From a virus (taxonomy: Duplodnaviria > Caudoviricetes), in the IMG/VR virus record IMGVR_UViG_3300013113_000858, positions 796-64,795 of that record: a DNA stretch of 64,000 bases. One strand, written 5' to 3'. The translations under genes were made by a program, and so were the position numbers. The notes beneath the pieces are model-generated. The model was given only the letters and a program-made list of their open reading frames with translations, ran no database searches and was not told the origin of the DNA. Shown here piece after piece: positions 38,265 through 50,600 of the stretch. Position 1 is the first letter of the stretch, and each line of letters starts with the position of its first letter.

Positions 38265-40067
38265 ATGCCATCTAATAAAAAATATCCAGCCATTAATTAT
38301 ACATCGAGAGACTTTAATTCCATCAAGTCCGATTTAGTAAATTACGCTAAGAGATATTATTCAAATACATATAAGGATTTTAGTGAATCTGGCTTCGGTT
38401 CCTTGATGCTTGATACTTCTGCATATATTGGCGATATTTTATCATTTTATTTGGACTATAGCGTTAATGAATCTTTCCTTGATACTGCTCTAGAGTATGA
38501 AAATATATTAAAATTAGGCAAACAAATGGGGTATAAATTCAACCCCAATCCATCATCCTATGGGACTGCGGATTTTTTTGTTATTGTGCCATCAAATACA
38601 AACGGGACTGGCCCTGACGAAACCTATATGCCGATTTTACAAAGAGGAAGTTCTTTGTCGTCAGTAGACGGAATAGGATTCATTCTGAACGAAGATGTGA
38701 ACTTTTCTAATCCTAATAATGAAATTATTGTAGCTCGCGTAAACGAAGACACTGGTGCCCCTTCTTCGTATGCTATAAAAGCCTCTGGTCAAGTTGCTTC
38801 TGGTAGAACAGAAACCGAAGAAATTTCGGTGGGTGCGTTTAAAAAGTTCCCAAAATTTAAATTAAATGGAACAAACATAACAGAAATTATCTCAGTTGTT
38901 GATTCTACTGGTCATTCTTACTATGAGGTGGATTATCTTTCTCAAGATGTGGTTTATCGTTCGACTATAAACAGGGGTTCAGACAACAAAGTAACCCAAG
39001 AAACAATTCGTCCATTCGCAGTACCTCGTAGATTTGTAATTGATAGAACAAGAAATGATGTCTTTTTACAGTTTGGCTTTGGTTCAGAAATCGACGACTC
39101 TAACATCGACCCTGCTATCGACCCAAGCCGAGTTGTCATACATCAACATGCCAAAGATTATACAACTGATATAAACTTTGATCCAAGTAATTTCTTGGGG
39201 ACCGATAAGCTTGGCATTGCTCCAGCCAACACTGTATTAACAGTCACTTACAGAACCAACGACAAAAATAACGTAAACATCGGGTCAGATTCTTTGGCGA
39301 ATGTTGATGCTCCAATAATCGATTTTGATGATCTTTCTGCTTTAGACACAGCAAAAGTTAATGAAGTGATCTCATCACTTGAATGCTCCAACACAGAGCC
39401 AATTGTGGGTGACGTAACATTGCCGACTGGTGATGAATTAAAGAAAAGGATATATAACGTCTTTGCTTCTCAAAACCGCGCAGTAACAGTTCAAGATTAT
39501 AAATCTCTATGCTATTCTATGCCTCCTCAATTTGGCGCAGTAAAGCGTGTTAACGTGGTCAAGGATCCAGGGTCATTCAAAAGGAATTTGAATTTATACG
39601 TAATTTCAGAAGATGACGTAGGATTTTTAGAAAAAACTAACGATGCTATAAAAAACAATTTAAAAACTTGGCTAGATCAAGGTAGAATGATTAATGATAC
39701 AATTGATATAATGGATGCCAAAGTTATAAACATTGGCATAGAGTTTACTGCAATTGCAACCCTAGAAGCAAACAAGTATGATGTTTTAAGTAATGCTATT
39801 TCTCTTTTAGCTTCATCTTATGAAAAAAAATATGAAATAGGAGAACCATTTTACTTGACAAATATTTACAATGAACTGAATGGGATGGATGGTATCGTTG
39901 ATGTTTCTCAGGTTAAAATAGTTAGAAAAGAGGGTGCAGGATATTCTGATCATTTTTATGACATTGATGCAAACTTTTCCGATGATGGGAGATATATTAA
40001 GTGTCCACAAAATGTAATTTTTGAAGTAAAATTTTCTGACACTGATATCAAAGGAACTATTAAATAA
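38265..40067 (+). CDS. Baseplate wedge protein, T4 gp6 / baseplate J-like
   Basis: YTSRDFNSIK, ESFLDTA, LQFGFG and SQNRAVTVQDY motifs. Confidence 0.88.
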   Translation: MPSNKKYPAINYTSRDFNSIKSDLVNYAKRYYSNTYKDFSESGFGSLMLDTSAYIGDILSFYLDYSVNESFLDTALEYENILKLGKQMGYKFNPNPSSYGTADFFVIVPSNTNGTGPDETYMPILQRGSSLSSVDGIGFILNEDVNFSNPNNEIIVARVNEDTGAPSSYAIKASGQVASGRTETEEISVGAFKKFPKFKLNGTNITEIISVVDSTGHSYYEVDYLSQDVVYRSTINRGSDNKVTQETIRPFAVPRRFVIDRTRNDVFLQFGFGSEIDDSNIDPAIDPSRVVIHQHAKDYTTDINFDPSNFLGTDKLGIAPANTVLTVTYRTNDKNNVNIGSDSLANVDAPIIDFDDLSALDTAKVNEVISSLECSNTEPIVGDVTLPTGDELKKRIYNVFASQNRAVTVQDYKSLCYSMPPQFGAVKRVNVVKDPGSFKRNLNLYVISEDDVGFLEKTNDAIKNNLKTWLDQGRMINDTIDIMDAKVINIGIEFTAIATLEANKYDVLSNAISLLASSYEKKYEIGEPFYLTNIYNELNGMDGIVDVSQVKIVRKEGAGYSDHFYDIDANFSDDGRYIKCPQNVIFEVKFSDTDIKGTIK

Positions 40068-41608
40068 TGGCACTTAAAAGATATCTTGCTACCAAAGACA
40101 ACACCATAACCAATGCTTTCCGTCAAGGATTACAGTTCCGTGGCACTGGTAGTAATATGGGTCGTGCCGACTCTTTGGAGTTTTTTTCTATCTTTGCCCA
40201 AGCTTCAAGCGGCTCAAACGAACAAGCAAAGGTATTAGTTCAGTTCCCGGTTTTAACTTCTGACAATACATCAAGCATTCAGGGGGATAGAAATGATAAC
40301 ACAATTCCTGCAAGTGGAAGTGTCGATTTTTATCTTCGACTTTTTAATGTTCAACATGATCAAACTATTCCTAGAAATTTTACGACTATCGTAACTCCTG
40401 TTTCCCAATCTTGGGAAGAAGGATCTGGTCTAGACATGGATGAATACCGCGACCTCACTTATGATGGAACCGGTTCAAATTGGACTAACGCAGCAGCACA
40501 TACTCCCTGGCAAGATTACTACGGCGTGTCTATTGAGGGCGGCTCATTCCTGACAAGCTCCGAAGAGGGTTCCCCGATAACAGCTTATGATGAATTTAAC
40601 TATAGGCAAAATTTTGTAGAAGGAACAGAAGATTTAGAACTTAACATAACTGGGTTGGTTGAGAAATGGTTATCTGGTGACTTCTCAAATTATGGAGTTG
40701 GTGTTTACTTGACCCCATCCCAACTAAGTGGCGCAAACAAATCATATTATACAAAGAAATTTTCTGGTCGTGGCAGCGAGTTTGCTCTAAAAAGACCAGT
40801 AATTGAAGCGAGATGGAACAGTACCAATAAAGATTCTCGTGGTAATTTTTATGCTTCAAGCTCGGCCTTAACCTCTGCTGATAATCTGCAAACTCTTTAT
40901 TTGTACAATTACGTTCGTGGTGAGCTAAAAGATATAAAGTTTGAAGGCACGGATACAAAGTCCGTATATGTTTCCGTTTGGACATCAGCATCCAATGGAG
41001 ATCAAGTAACTACATCCCCCAACAATCCAGTAACAGGTGGGTGGGTTGAAACTGGAATTTATACTGCTTCTTTTGCCTTGAACACAACCAGGTCCGTTGT
41101 GTACGACAGGTGGTATAGTGGCTCCTCAGAGGATGGTGGAGTCCGTCCGTCCCCAACTGGGCTAGGAGACACAGGATACTTAACAGGAACGCTGAACATA
41201 AAGCAGTTTAGTTCCCAGGCAACATATTCTATTCCTCGTTTTGTTACTAAAATTACTAACTTACAGTCTTCTTATAGCAAGCAAGATCAGGTTAGATTAA
41301 GAACATTCACCAGATTAAAAGATTGGAGCCCAACTATTTACACTGTAGCTTCAAAGAAAATAGAAAATTATTTTGTAGAAGATGCATATTATAAAGTTTA
41401 TAGGGTTGTTGACAATTATGAAGTGATAAGATATGGAACTGGCAGTCTGAAACACACACAACTTTCATATGATGCAAGTGGGAGCTATTTTGATTTAGAT
41501 ATGTCCTTATTTGAGCCTGGTTATGAATACGCTATTAAACTAAATTATTATTTTGATAATTCTTACAAGGAACAACCAGAAACTTATAAATTTAGAGTAA
41601 TAGAGTAG
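40067..41608 (+). CDS. Virion structural (baseplate/tail) protein
   Basis: Beta-rich, with LRLFN, SQSWEEGSG, SNWTNA and RPVIEARW segments; coupled to the gp6-like gene. Confidence 0.6.
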   Translation: MALKRYLATKDNTITNAFRQGLQFRGTGSNMGRADSLEFFSIFAQASSGSNEQAKVLVQFPVLTSDNTSSIQGDRNDNTIPASGSVDFYLRLFNVQHDQTIPRNFTTIVTPVSQSWEEGSGLDMDEYRDLTYDGTGSNWTNAAAHTPWQDYYGVSIEGGSFLTSSEEGSPITAYDEFNYRQNFVEGTEDLELNITGLVEKWLSGDFSNYGVGVYLTPSQLSGANKSYYTKKFSGRGSEFALKRPVIEARWNSTNKDSRGNFYASSSALTSADNLQTLYLYNYVRGELKDIKFEGTDTKSVYVSVWTSASNGDQVTTSPNNPVTGGWVETGIYTASFALNTTRSVVYDRWYSGSSEDGGVRPSPTGLGDTGYLTGTLNIKQFSSQATYSIPRFVTKITNLQSSYSKQDQVRLRTFTRLKDWSPTIYTVASKKIENYFVEDAYYKVYRVVDNYEVIRYGTGSLKHTQLSYDASGSYFDLDMSLFEPGYEYAIKLNYYFDNSYKEQPETYKFRVIE

Positions 41609-41614
41609 AAAGAA

Positions 41615-44600
41615 ATGTCAGATATAAAAGATCTTTTTAAAAGGAAAACTTCGACCAAACTCCTCTCTAACTCGTCATTGAGTTCAGTTGGTCGTGAAGT
41701 GGAATCACCAGATTATGTAATATCTGATGTTAAAGACAAAAACAGATTCATACCTCAAGTAGATTTTACATCAGCATCGAATTTTGCTTTTTACGGTTCA
41801 GCCGAAAAATATTACGAAGATTCAATAAATTACATTATAAATGAATACCCTTATGATGGTTCGGGTAAAGAGAAGATAAACTGGAATTTATCTGGTACTT
41901 ATTTAGATCGATATATATTCGAAAATGAATATCCGAGAACAAACGGGTTTGTGGTTATGGGATATAACTATGGCTCGAATTCAGACTCCCCAACACATGG
42001 ATATTATGCTCCGGTATCCCAAGAGTATATATATTTTAAGGGCGGCCCAAATACAGGCTCACTTACAAGTGGAACGTTAGCAACTCAATTTTACGACTCA
42101 AATCTTTATAATACGGGAACTTTAGGTAAAAACAATCTTGAACTAGATGGAGACAAGGGTTTAACTTTAGAATTTTGGCTTCACAAAACTGCCTGGAATT
42201 CTTCGGCAGAATCCCGCCGCCAGGTTATTTTTGATTTGTGGAACAGCGCATCTTTTGCTGGTCATGATTATGGTAGGTTTAGGGTAGAAATCGAAGGAAA
42301 CCCAGAAGAATCAAACCAACTCCAACCCTATTTTAACGTTGAGTTATACTCTGGTTCACATGCAGCTGGCAACGGTGCTGGTTGGTCGTATAGCTCCTTA
42401 AGCTCTAATACAACATTAGCCTTATCATCAAGCGCACAATTTACTGGCTCTTGGAATCACTTCGCCCTATCTTTCGCTAATTCTGGAAGCCAGATGGTTG
42501 GCAGGCTATACAGAAACGGAATCCTGGAAAATTCAGTTGTAACTGGAAGTTCTATGGGCAATATTTCTGGACCCATGATTGGGTACATCGGTGCCCTAGC
42601 AACTTCAGTCAGTGGCGGAATCGCAACTTCAGGGTCCGCAAAGCTTTCGGCCTCTCTAGATGAGGTTAGGTATTGGAAAAATGAAAGAAATAGCAAAAAC
42701 ATTGGCCAATATTGGTGGACTCAGGTTAACGGTGGCACAAATTCTGATTATGCGTTTTTATCACAATCTTCTACAAAATACAACTTCTCGTTCCCTGCGG
42801 ACTTAGGGGTTTATTATAAGTTTAATGAAGGTATAACAGAAGTACAGAGCATAGATTCAACTTTATTGGATTATGCGGGCCGTACTACCAACGGTAAATG
42901 GATTGGGTACTCAACAGCTTATCCGTCTAGAAATACCGGCTCTGCTATTATAAACGCTGGTGCATCAAATACAGAGTTTAAAGATCCTATTTTATATCTT
43001 CGCCACCCAGCAGTGGCGTCTTACAGAGACGACAAATTAAGCCAAGGAAAGCTATATGATGTAGGTAACAATTCTTCTATCTACGGTTCGATACCAGAAT
43101 GGATAACGTCCGATGATGAAAACAAGGGAAGCGCAGATCTAAAGAAATTAACGCAAATAATTTCAAGTTATTTCGACACCTTACAGTTGCAAATACAGGC
43201 AGTTCCAGAAATAAAAAACAAAGAATATACAAACCTCAGCGCCAGCAATCGCCCTCTCCCTTTCGCAGATCGCCTTTTGGATAACTCTGGTTTTGTAACT
43301 CCTGAAATTTTTTCTAAGGCCACAGAACTAGAATACCTGGCATCAAGAAATAACCATGAAAGCTTCTCAGAAAAATTAAATGAGACAAAAAATCTAATTT
43401 ATGAAAACATTTACAATAATCTAGATTATATTTATAAATCGAAAGGGACAGAAAAAGCATTTAGAAACCTTATAAGGTGCTTCGGTGTCGGTGAAGAATT
43501 AGTAAAAATTAATTTATATGCGGATAACAATGATTTCATATTAAGAGACAATGTTGACTACACTGTTGCGCGTAAGAAGTACGTTGATTTTTATAGTGGG
43601 ACCGGAAAAGATGCAGTTGTTTTTCAAAATTCCTCTAGCATAGATACGGCGGGTAACACGAGATCCTTTATAAGTTCAGATGCGGGGGTTCGCAATCGAG
43701 GAAACACATATGAATTAGAGGCACTTTTTCCGAAAGATTATGAGAAAAGTGATTCTTATTATGTGGCAGCAAATTTTCAGAGTGCTTCACTATTTGGCTG
43801 TCACACCTCCGGCTCTGACTTAGCTTATGGCGGAAACGGGTGGGGAGATCCTGATGAGGGAAATTTCCAAGTTCACTCGATTCGAAAAGATATATCAACT
43901 CCACATGCCTATTTTCAATTAACGAGCAGCGCACCGTACAATATTCCTGAATTGACAAGTAGTGTTTTCAAGGATGTTTACAGCGACTCTAAATGGAATT
44001 TTGCAGTCAGAGTAAAACCAGGCTCATATGCCTGGACAGACGGGGTAAGCGGAAGCACAACAGGCAGTTATGATGTTGAATTTCTTGGATATAATTACGT
44101 ATTAGATTCTCTGGTAAATAGCTTTAAGGTTACTGCAAGTGTTGATTCTTCTTTGGCCGCCTCCTTTTTACAAGCAAATAAAAGATTTTATGTTGGAGCC
44201 CACCGCAACTCTTTTACGGGAACGGTTTTGCAGTCTACCAATATTCGTGCGTCTTCTTGTAGGGTGTGGATTGATTACCTAGACGACGCCACTATAAAAG
44301 CTCATGCAAGAGATGTAGAAAATTTTGGTGTAAAAAATCCTTACGGTAACGCCTATATGACTGTCTCAGGCTCGGCATTTGGCGGAAAATACAGGGAACT
44401 TGATGGTGGAATCACGCCGATCCCTCAAATGGAGACCTTGGCTTTAAATTGGGATTTTGCTACCCTAACAAGTTCAAATGCTTCAGGCCAATTTATCGTT
44501 CCTGATGCCTCTTCTGGGTCTGCTGCTTTAACTCCTAGCAACGCTCAAGGCAGACTCACTTCGAGATGGAATTGGCTTGGCCCAATTACGAACTATCAAC

Positions 44601-47600
44601 ATACTGGATTAGGCTACGGCTTTGCAAGCAACGCAACTGGATCTATCAGTAAGGAGTATATAAACAACGCTAAAGCGATGTTACCAGAAACCTTAAACAG
44701 TTCAGAGATGGTCTCAATTGTAACTGAGAATGAAGATAAATTATTTACCCGAGAATCAAGACCAGTTGAGTATTATTTTGCTTTTGAAAAAAGCATGTAT
44801 AATGTAGTTTCACAAGAAATACTTAAAATATTTGCAACGATTGTAGACTTTAACAACCTCATCGGTGAACCCGTTAACAGATATCGCCAAGGATACAAAC
44901 AAATGGAAAAACTGAGGTCTCTTTATTTTGAAAGATTTCAGGAAACACCAAATTTAGAAAAGTTTGTAGAGTTCTATAAATGGATAGATGCATCAATATC
45001 ATCAATGCTTTACCAGCTAACACCAGCGAGTTCAAAGTTTTCTGACAACCTGCGAACTTTGGTCGAAAGCCATATCCTTGAGAGGAATAAATATTGGACA
45101 AAATTCCCAACATTAGAGGCGAAAACATCTGATATCGAAGGCGGCGTTACTGGCATTAATGAGTTGCTGTATTCCGGCAAACGCGGTTTGGCTCCTGTAC
45201 CAACAAATGCTACTGGCACTAATTGTGAGTGGTGGTATGAGCGAACAGAGCGAGATAATCCGAACATAACTTCTGATGACGCAACGGTTGATAGTCAAAG
45301 AAACACTTTTAGGTCTGCAAACGATTTTAGAAGCGGTAGCGGCGTAACACTTGCAGTATCTCGGGCGTCTACATCCACAACCACAACATATGAAGGAAGA
45401 ACTTTTGCTGTAAGAAACTTTACAAAACCTTATAGATTTGCAGTCCAAGAAATGCCTACAATCCATGGCGGAAACAATTATCCAAAAGGAAAGAAGCTTG
45501 AGTTTGCACACACTGAATTAAAGCCAGCCAAATTTGGTGTGGCAGACATAAAGTTGAGAGTTACTGCATCGAGTGTTAATTTTGAAAAAGATTGCACGGA
45601 TATTGTTAATCCAAATAAGAAAAATAGGCTTGAGGCTACCTTTGCAGCTTCAAATGCACAACCTGCGGACGTTAGTGCAAAGGTATCTTATATATATGAG
45701 GGTGGAAAAACTTCAATTTTTGCGCCTTTTTCTCTTTTCAGTTCATCCATTTCGCCATCCCAAATGTCTAATTTTAGGAGTAACACTCAGATAGGCAATT
45801 ATCATGATGATTCCTATGGAGAGAATAATGAAACTCCGATACAGGGTCCATTCACTGATGCACACGTTGGTGGTTGGCAGTATAGACACCAAAACATTAA
45901 TACCGGAGCCAATGATACAACCCTAACACGCCAAGAGGCTTGGGAAATTGATGTAGACTCTACTGGGTATATACAATTAGTTTCAAGAAATGCTAACACA
46001 TCTCGCCCACTTGCAAGACCAAACGGAAATCTGCGTCGTAACACTTTCGCAAAACGCCCTGTTAATATTCGTAACATTAAGTGGGGCACATCATCTGCCG
46101 TAGCCGGTAACTATCGTTTTGATTATGAGGCTGTCCAAACTTCTGGTAGAAAACTAAACAACAGATATCTTATTAAATCTGATGGAGACTTTCCAGTAAC
46201 AGCATCGACTTATGTTAGTGGAATTGTCGATTTCGGGCTTCCAAGATTTGATTTAACGGGGACAAACAAATATATTTTTGTTGAAAGGTTCAGCGCACCT
46301 GGCGGTCCAGAAATTAATTCTCTAGGCTCCTTGGACGTTTACAGCCAACAATATTCAGTATACAATTCTTTAAACTTTAGAAATGCAATTGTTAGAAATT
46401 CTTTAGACGGGTGGTTGACTGAGCATTGCGGACCATATGGAATAGATCCAACTGGTGTTGTTGGCGACGGCACAACCGTGGCAGAACACGAGGTAAACCC
46501 TCTTTCTTATGACGGTGTGATTGCTGCATACCACAAGGTAAACAGAAACCCAGTAAAAGTAAATTCTTTAGTAGGAACATCTTCATTCGAGTTAACAACT
46601 AGTGTAAACTATGATAACTGGTTTATCCAACACGCAATCCCTCAGAGTGCTATACAATATAAATGGATAAACGACTCTTACGAGAGAATACACAACCAAC
46701 CATTTGGGTACATATCCAATTTTACACAATTAACTGGTACATCAACCCAAACTGCATCGATGGTCGCTTTTGTAACCGAGAGTGATTATGAAACCCCAGG
46801 ATATCCAGCAGGCGCTTCAATACCTGTAAATTATTCCAATATGATTTCTTTGATACCAAAAGAATCTTCTGGAGATTTAAATGCTTCTGGGTATAAGTAT
46901 CAATTAGAGGACACCACTGTTGAATGGTATAAATATAATGGGGTTACTGCATCCAGTGACTTAAGAACCTTGCATGTTGGAGATGACATGCCAACAGGCT
47001 GGAACACTTCAGTAGCATCTCGAACACCTTTATTAACAGACCAGTATCTTGAATTTGAAATTGGTAGATCAAATAGCGAAACAAGATATGTTGTAGGGCT
47101 TAACGATGATCCGCCATTAATTTCTGCTGGTGCTTCTGGTCCCGCAGCATTTGGGGATATGGAATATTATATGTATATCGGGCCGAATGGCGCATTATCA
47201 TATCAACGAGGAACACACGTTTCAAATGAATTTACAATGGGAAGGGAATTAAAAAATCCTGGTATTATTAACGTGGGGGATAAATTTAGGATAAATCATA
47301 GGGGAAATAAGGTAGCATATTCATATCAAAAATATGGTGTCGGCCCGTTTAGAGAGTTCTATGCATATTCTGGCTCCAACACTACAATTAGTGGAACTCT
47401 ATATCCTGACTTAGCTTTTTACTGGACTGGCATTGGCCAATCGCCATTGCTGAAAAATATTCATATCGGAAGCGAAAATACAGTTGCGGCAGGTTATGGA
47501 TATTACAGCGGTTCATCAATTTTGACCGGAGGTCTTAACTCCTATCTCCTAACTCTTAATGGGCCATACCAAGCCGCATCGTGGAAGGATATTCGCGGAG

Positions 47601-50600
47601 ATCAGAAGCCAATTCCAAGACTTCACCGAAAAAAGAACATATACTCAGTTGCCAAACCATCTGGAACATTTTTAAATGAAGTCTTTCTACCAAACCCGGA
47701 TGGAACGGGCTTCGGAAGAGCATACTACAATACAAGACCAGATAAGAACAAAAGATTCATAGAGCCAGCAGTATCTTTTAACAAACCAATTGACACTGAG
47801 TTCGATGTTGATGGCCATTCAGTTACTTTAAGAAATACCTATGCTAATAATAAGTGTTTGTTTTCTCAAGGAGGTCTTGGCGAAGAATCTCTCGGATCTT
47901 TCCTCGGTATAGGAGATAACAACAATAATCCACAATTCTATGATGCGATTAGGGATAGTGAAAATTATAATAATTTAACAAACTTAACATCGCGTGAAAT
48001 AATTTTTCCGAGAGAAGCAAACACAACACTTGCAAAATCGCGAGGAAGGCTGTATTATTCTGAATTTGCTGCACTTTCTGGCACTTATGGTTCGGCATCA
48101 TTTTCTCTTGGTCATGATGGAATTGATCGACCAGTTTTAAACCGTCGTACTTTCTGGCGCGATGAAGAAAAAGATAGAAATCGTGTGTCTGCAAAACACC
48201 GCGCTGCGTCTGGAGACTCAAGAGCGTATGTATCAGGAACACTCATAAACTCTATGGGATTTGCAAATGGGTATTCAACAAGTTTATACAATTTTGGCCG
48301 TACACCAGTAATTTTTTCAAGAGCTTCTACAGCCTATCAAGCAACTGACTTTATATCTGGTAATAACATTTTTGATTATCCAGATATGGGAGAATTAAAC
48401 TGCGCAAACTTTGTTCAAATTGCTGGCCTTGTTGGTTACGCTACTGGAAATGTAAGCGACTTTGCATTGTCTGAATCAGCAAACTTTCCAACCGCTTCAG
48501 CTTTTTACTATCATAGAGAGCTTGGCAAGACCAATCTGGGATTCTCTTCTTACGGGGTATTACCTTGGCGCACAGCGGAATTATCAGGTAAGAATCCTTG
48601 GTATGACTCTTATGAAGAATATTCCGAGGATATCAGGAGGATTGGTAAAAATTATTCAATAGTTCCTGAGTTTAATATCTCGGAGCATATGGAATATTAT
48701 TCTAAAAAATCATTCCAGTTTAGAACTAAAAATGATAAGTTCTTGTCACTAGAAGGCTCTAACATAACCTCCAGCGCCCCCCAACAATCGGGCTCAAGTA
48801 ACAGAGGGTTTGACGAGGAATTTTTTAAAGAATACTCACACTCTGATTTCCAAAAATATTTTGCAAGTTTTGAGAATGACTTATATTGCAAAAAGATAAA
48901 ATTAAAATGTAATGGTATTAAAAAATTGCTACCTTATAATGGATTTTATCCTTCCCAAAGAAGCTTACAGTTAGCTCAACTTCTTTCACAATCAGTAGCG
49001 CCATATATTGGCGGAGCTGATAGAAATGTTTGGAGAAGAGGAAAAGTGAGTGGATCAGTTCCCTATGCGCAGTATTCCGGCGCACTAGCAACACAGGCGT
49101 TAATACAACCATTTTATGCTCCGGGGATTATGTATAACACAATTAAATCGGGTATTGCGGTTGATTGGGGTGCATATACCGGTTCCATTTATCAAGACTA
49201 TGGACCTACTACAGACCAGCCCGAAGATGATGCTCAGTTCTTCTTAACGCAGCCACCAAATTATAGGATTCCATTCGAGACCATTTTAGATCCAATTGGC
49301 GACATCGGTCTACCAATCAGTTCTTCAGACGGCGAAGGTAGAGTTAGTTTACTTTACCCTTCATATAGAGAGTTGTTTAATGAAAATGAGGGTGACGGAA
49401 CAGCAGAGTCAACAAATTATGATAGAAAACCATATTTTGACTTAGAGCCTGAAATGAAATCGGTAATAGATGGGAGCCCTGAATATAGTTTATACAAACT
49501 AGCCGCGAGTAATTTTTTCGCAGAAATACCAAACTTCTTTTTAAAAGGTAATGAATTAAAATCAATTGTATCAAAACCCGCATCTGATGTTAGTTTGGTT
49601 AGCGGCACCACATATTTTATGGACATTTATTTGTCTAAGGACGATAACCTTTTAATGATTGAGGATTGGTTAAATGGCTCAAGAGTCGGCAATCCACGTG
49701 GCAGTTCTGCATATTGGTCAGATAACCCACCTTATCCGTCAACCGGTTCATCAAATAAAAATCGTAGTTGGAATGGTAGATTTTTCGGCCCACCTTCAAG
49801 AGCTGGTCGAGGGCCAAACGACGACTCAACCACGAGCACATATACATGGATGGCTCAGGGAGATCCTGCTTATGCGCCGTATACGCCTCCATATTTTTAT
49901 GGTGATTGTCAATTAACAATTGCTTACGAGGCTGACGCCGATGATCGAACAAATTTTAATTATAAAAAACTATTTGAACGAGCAACAATTACCCAAGCAA
50001 ACCCAACTCTTGATACTATGTTTAATTTGTTGGGTGGAGCAACATCTTCAGCAGCTCAGGGCCAAATGCCACTCACTGCATCTTTAAATATTTATGGTAT
50101 TTTTAATGAAAAAGAAACTCGATTCGATCAGAATGGTAATGTGGTGGAAGTGGTAGATACCGTAAGTTCTGATAGATCTAAGTGGGTTATTAGTTCGAGG
50201 ATGGAAACTCCCGTGCTAGACTTCTCTAGCCAGCCTGACCTTACGGTCCCGCAAGGCACCGGCAAAGGTATGTGGTCTGGTTATGGGACTATACCTTCAA
50301 ATTCAGGTATACGTTTTGGTATCCGATCTTCTGGCCCAGACCCTCAGCACAAAAATCTGGATCTCAACTCTAGAGTTAAAGAATCTCTTCTTGAACAGTG
50401 TTTTGACCGTCCACAGGAAAGAAAAGTTGGTGAAATAGCATTTGAAAAAGAAATCTCCGAAGCCATAATTGCGATACCTTTTTCTCCGAACGCTCAATCA
50501 GATTCACAACGAAATCCGTTTGCACCTACTACCCAAATAATGGACAAGCATTTCTATAAAATCCGACGAAATGTCTTCAATGATGTGTATGAAAATTATT

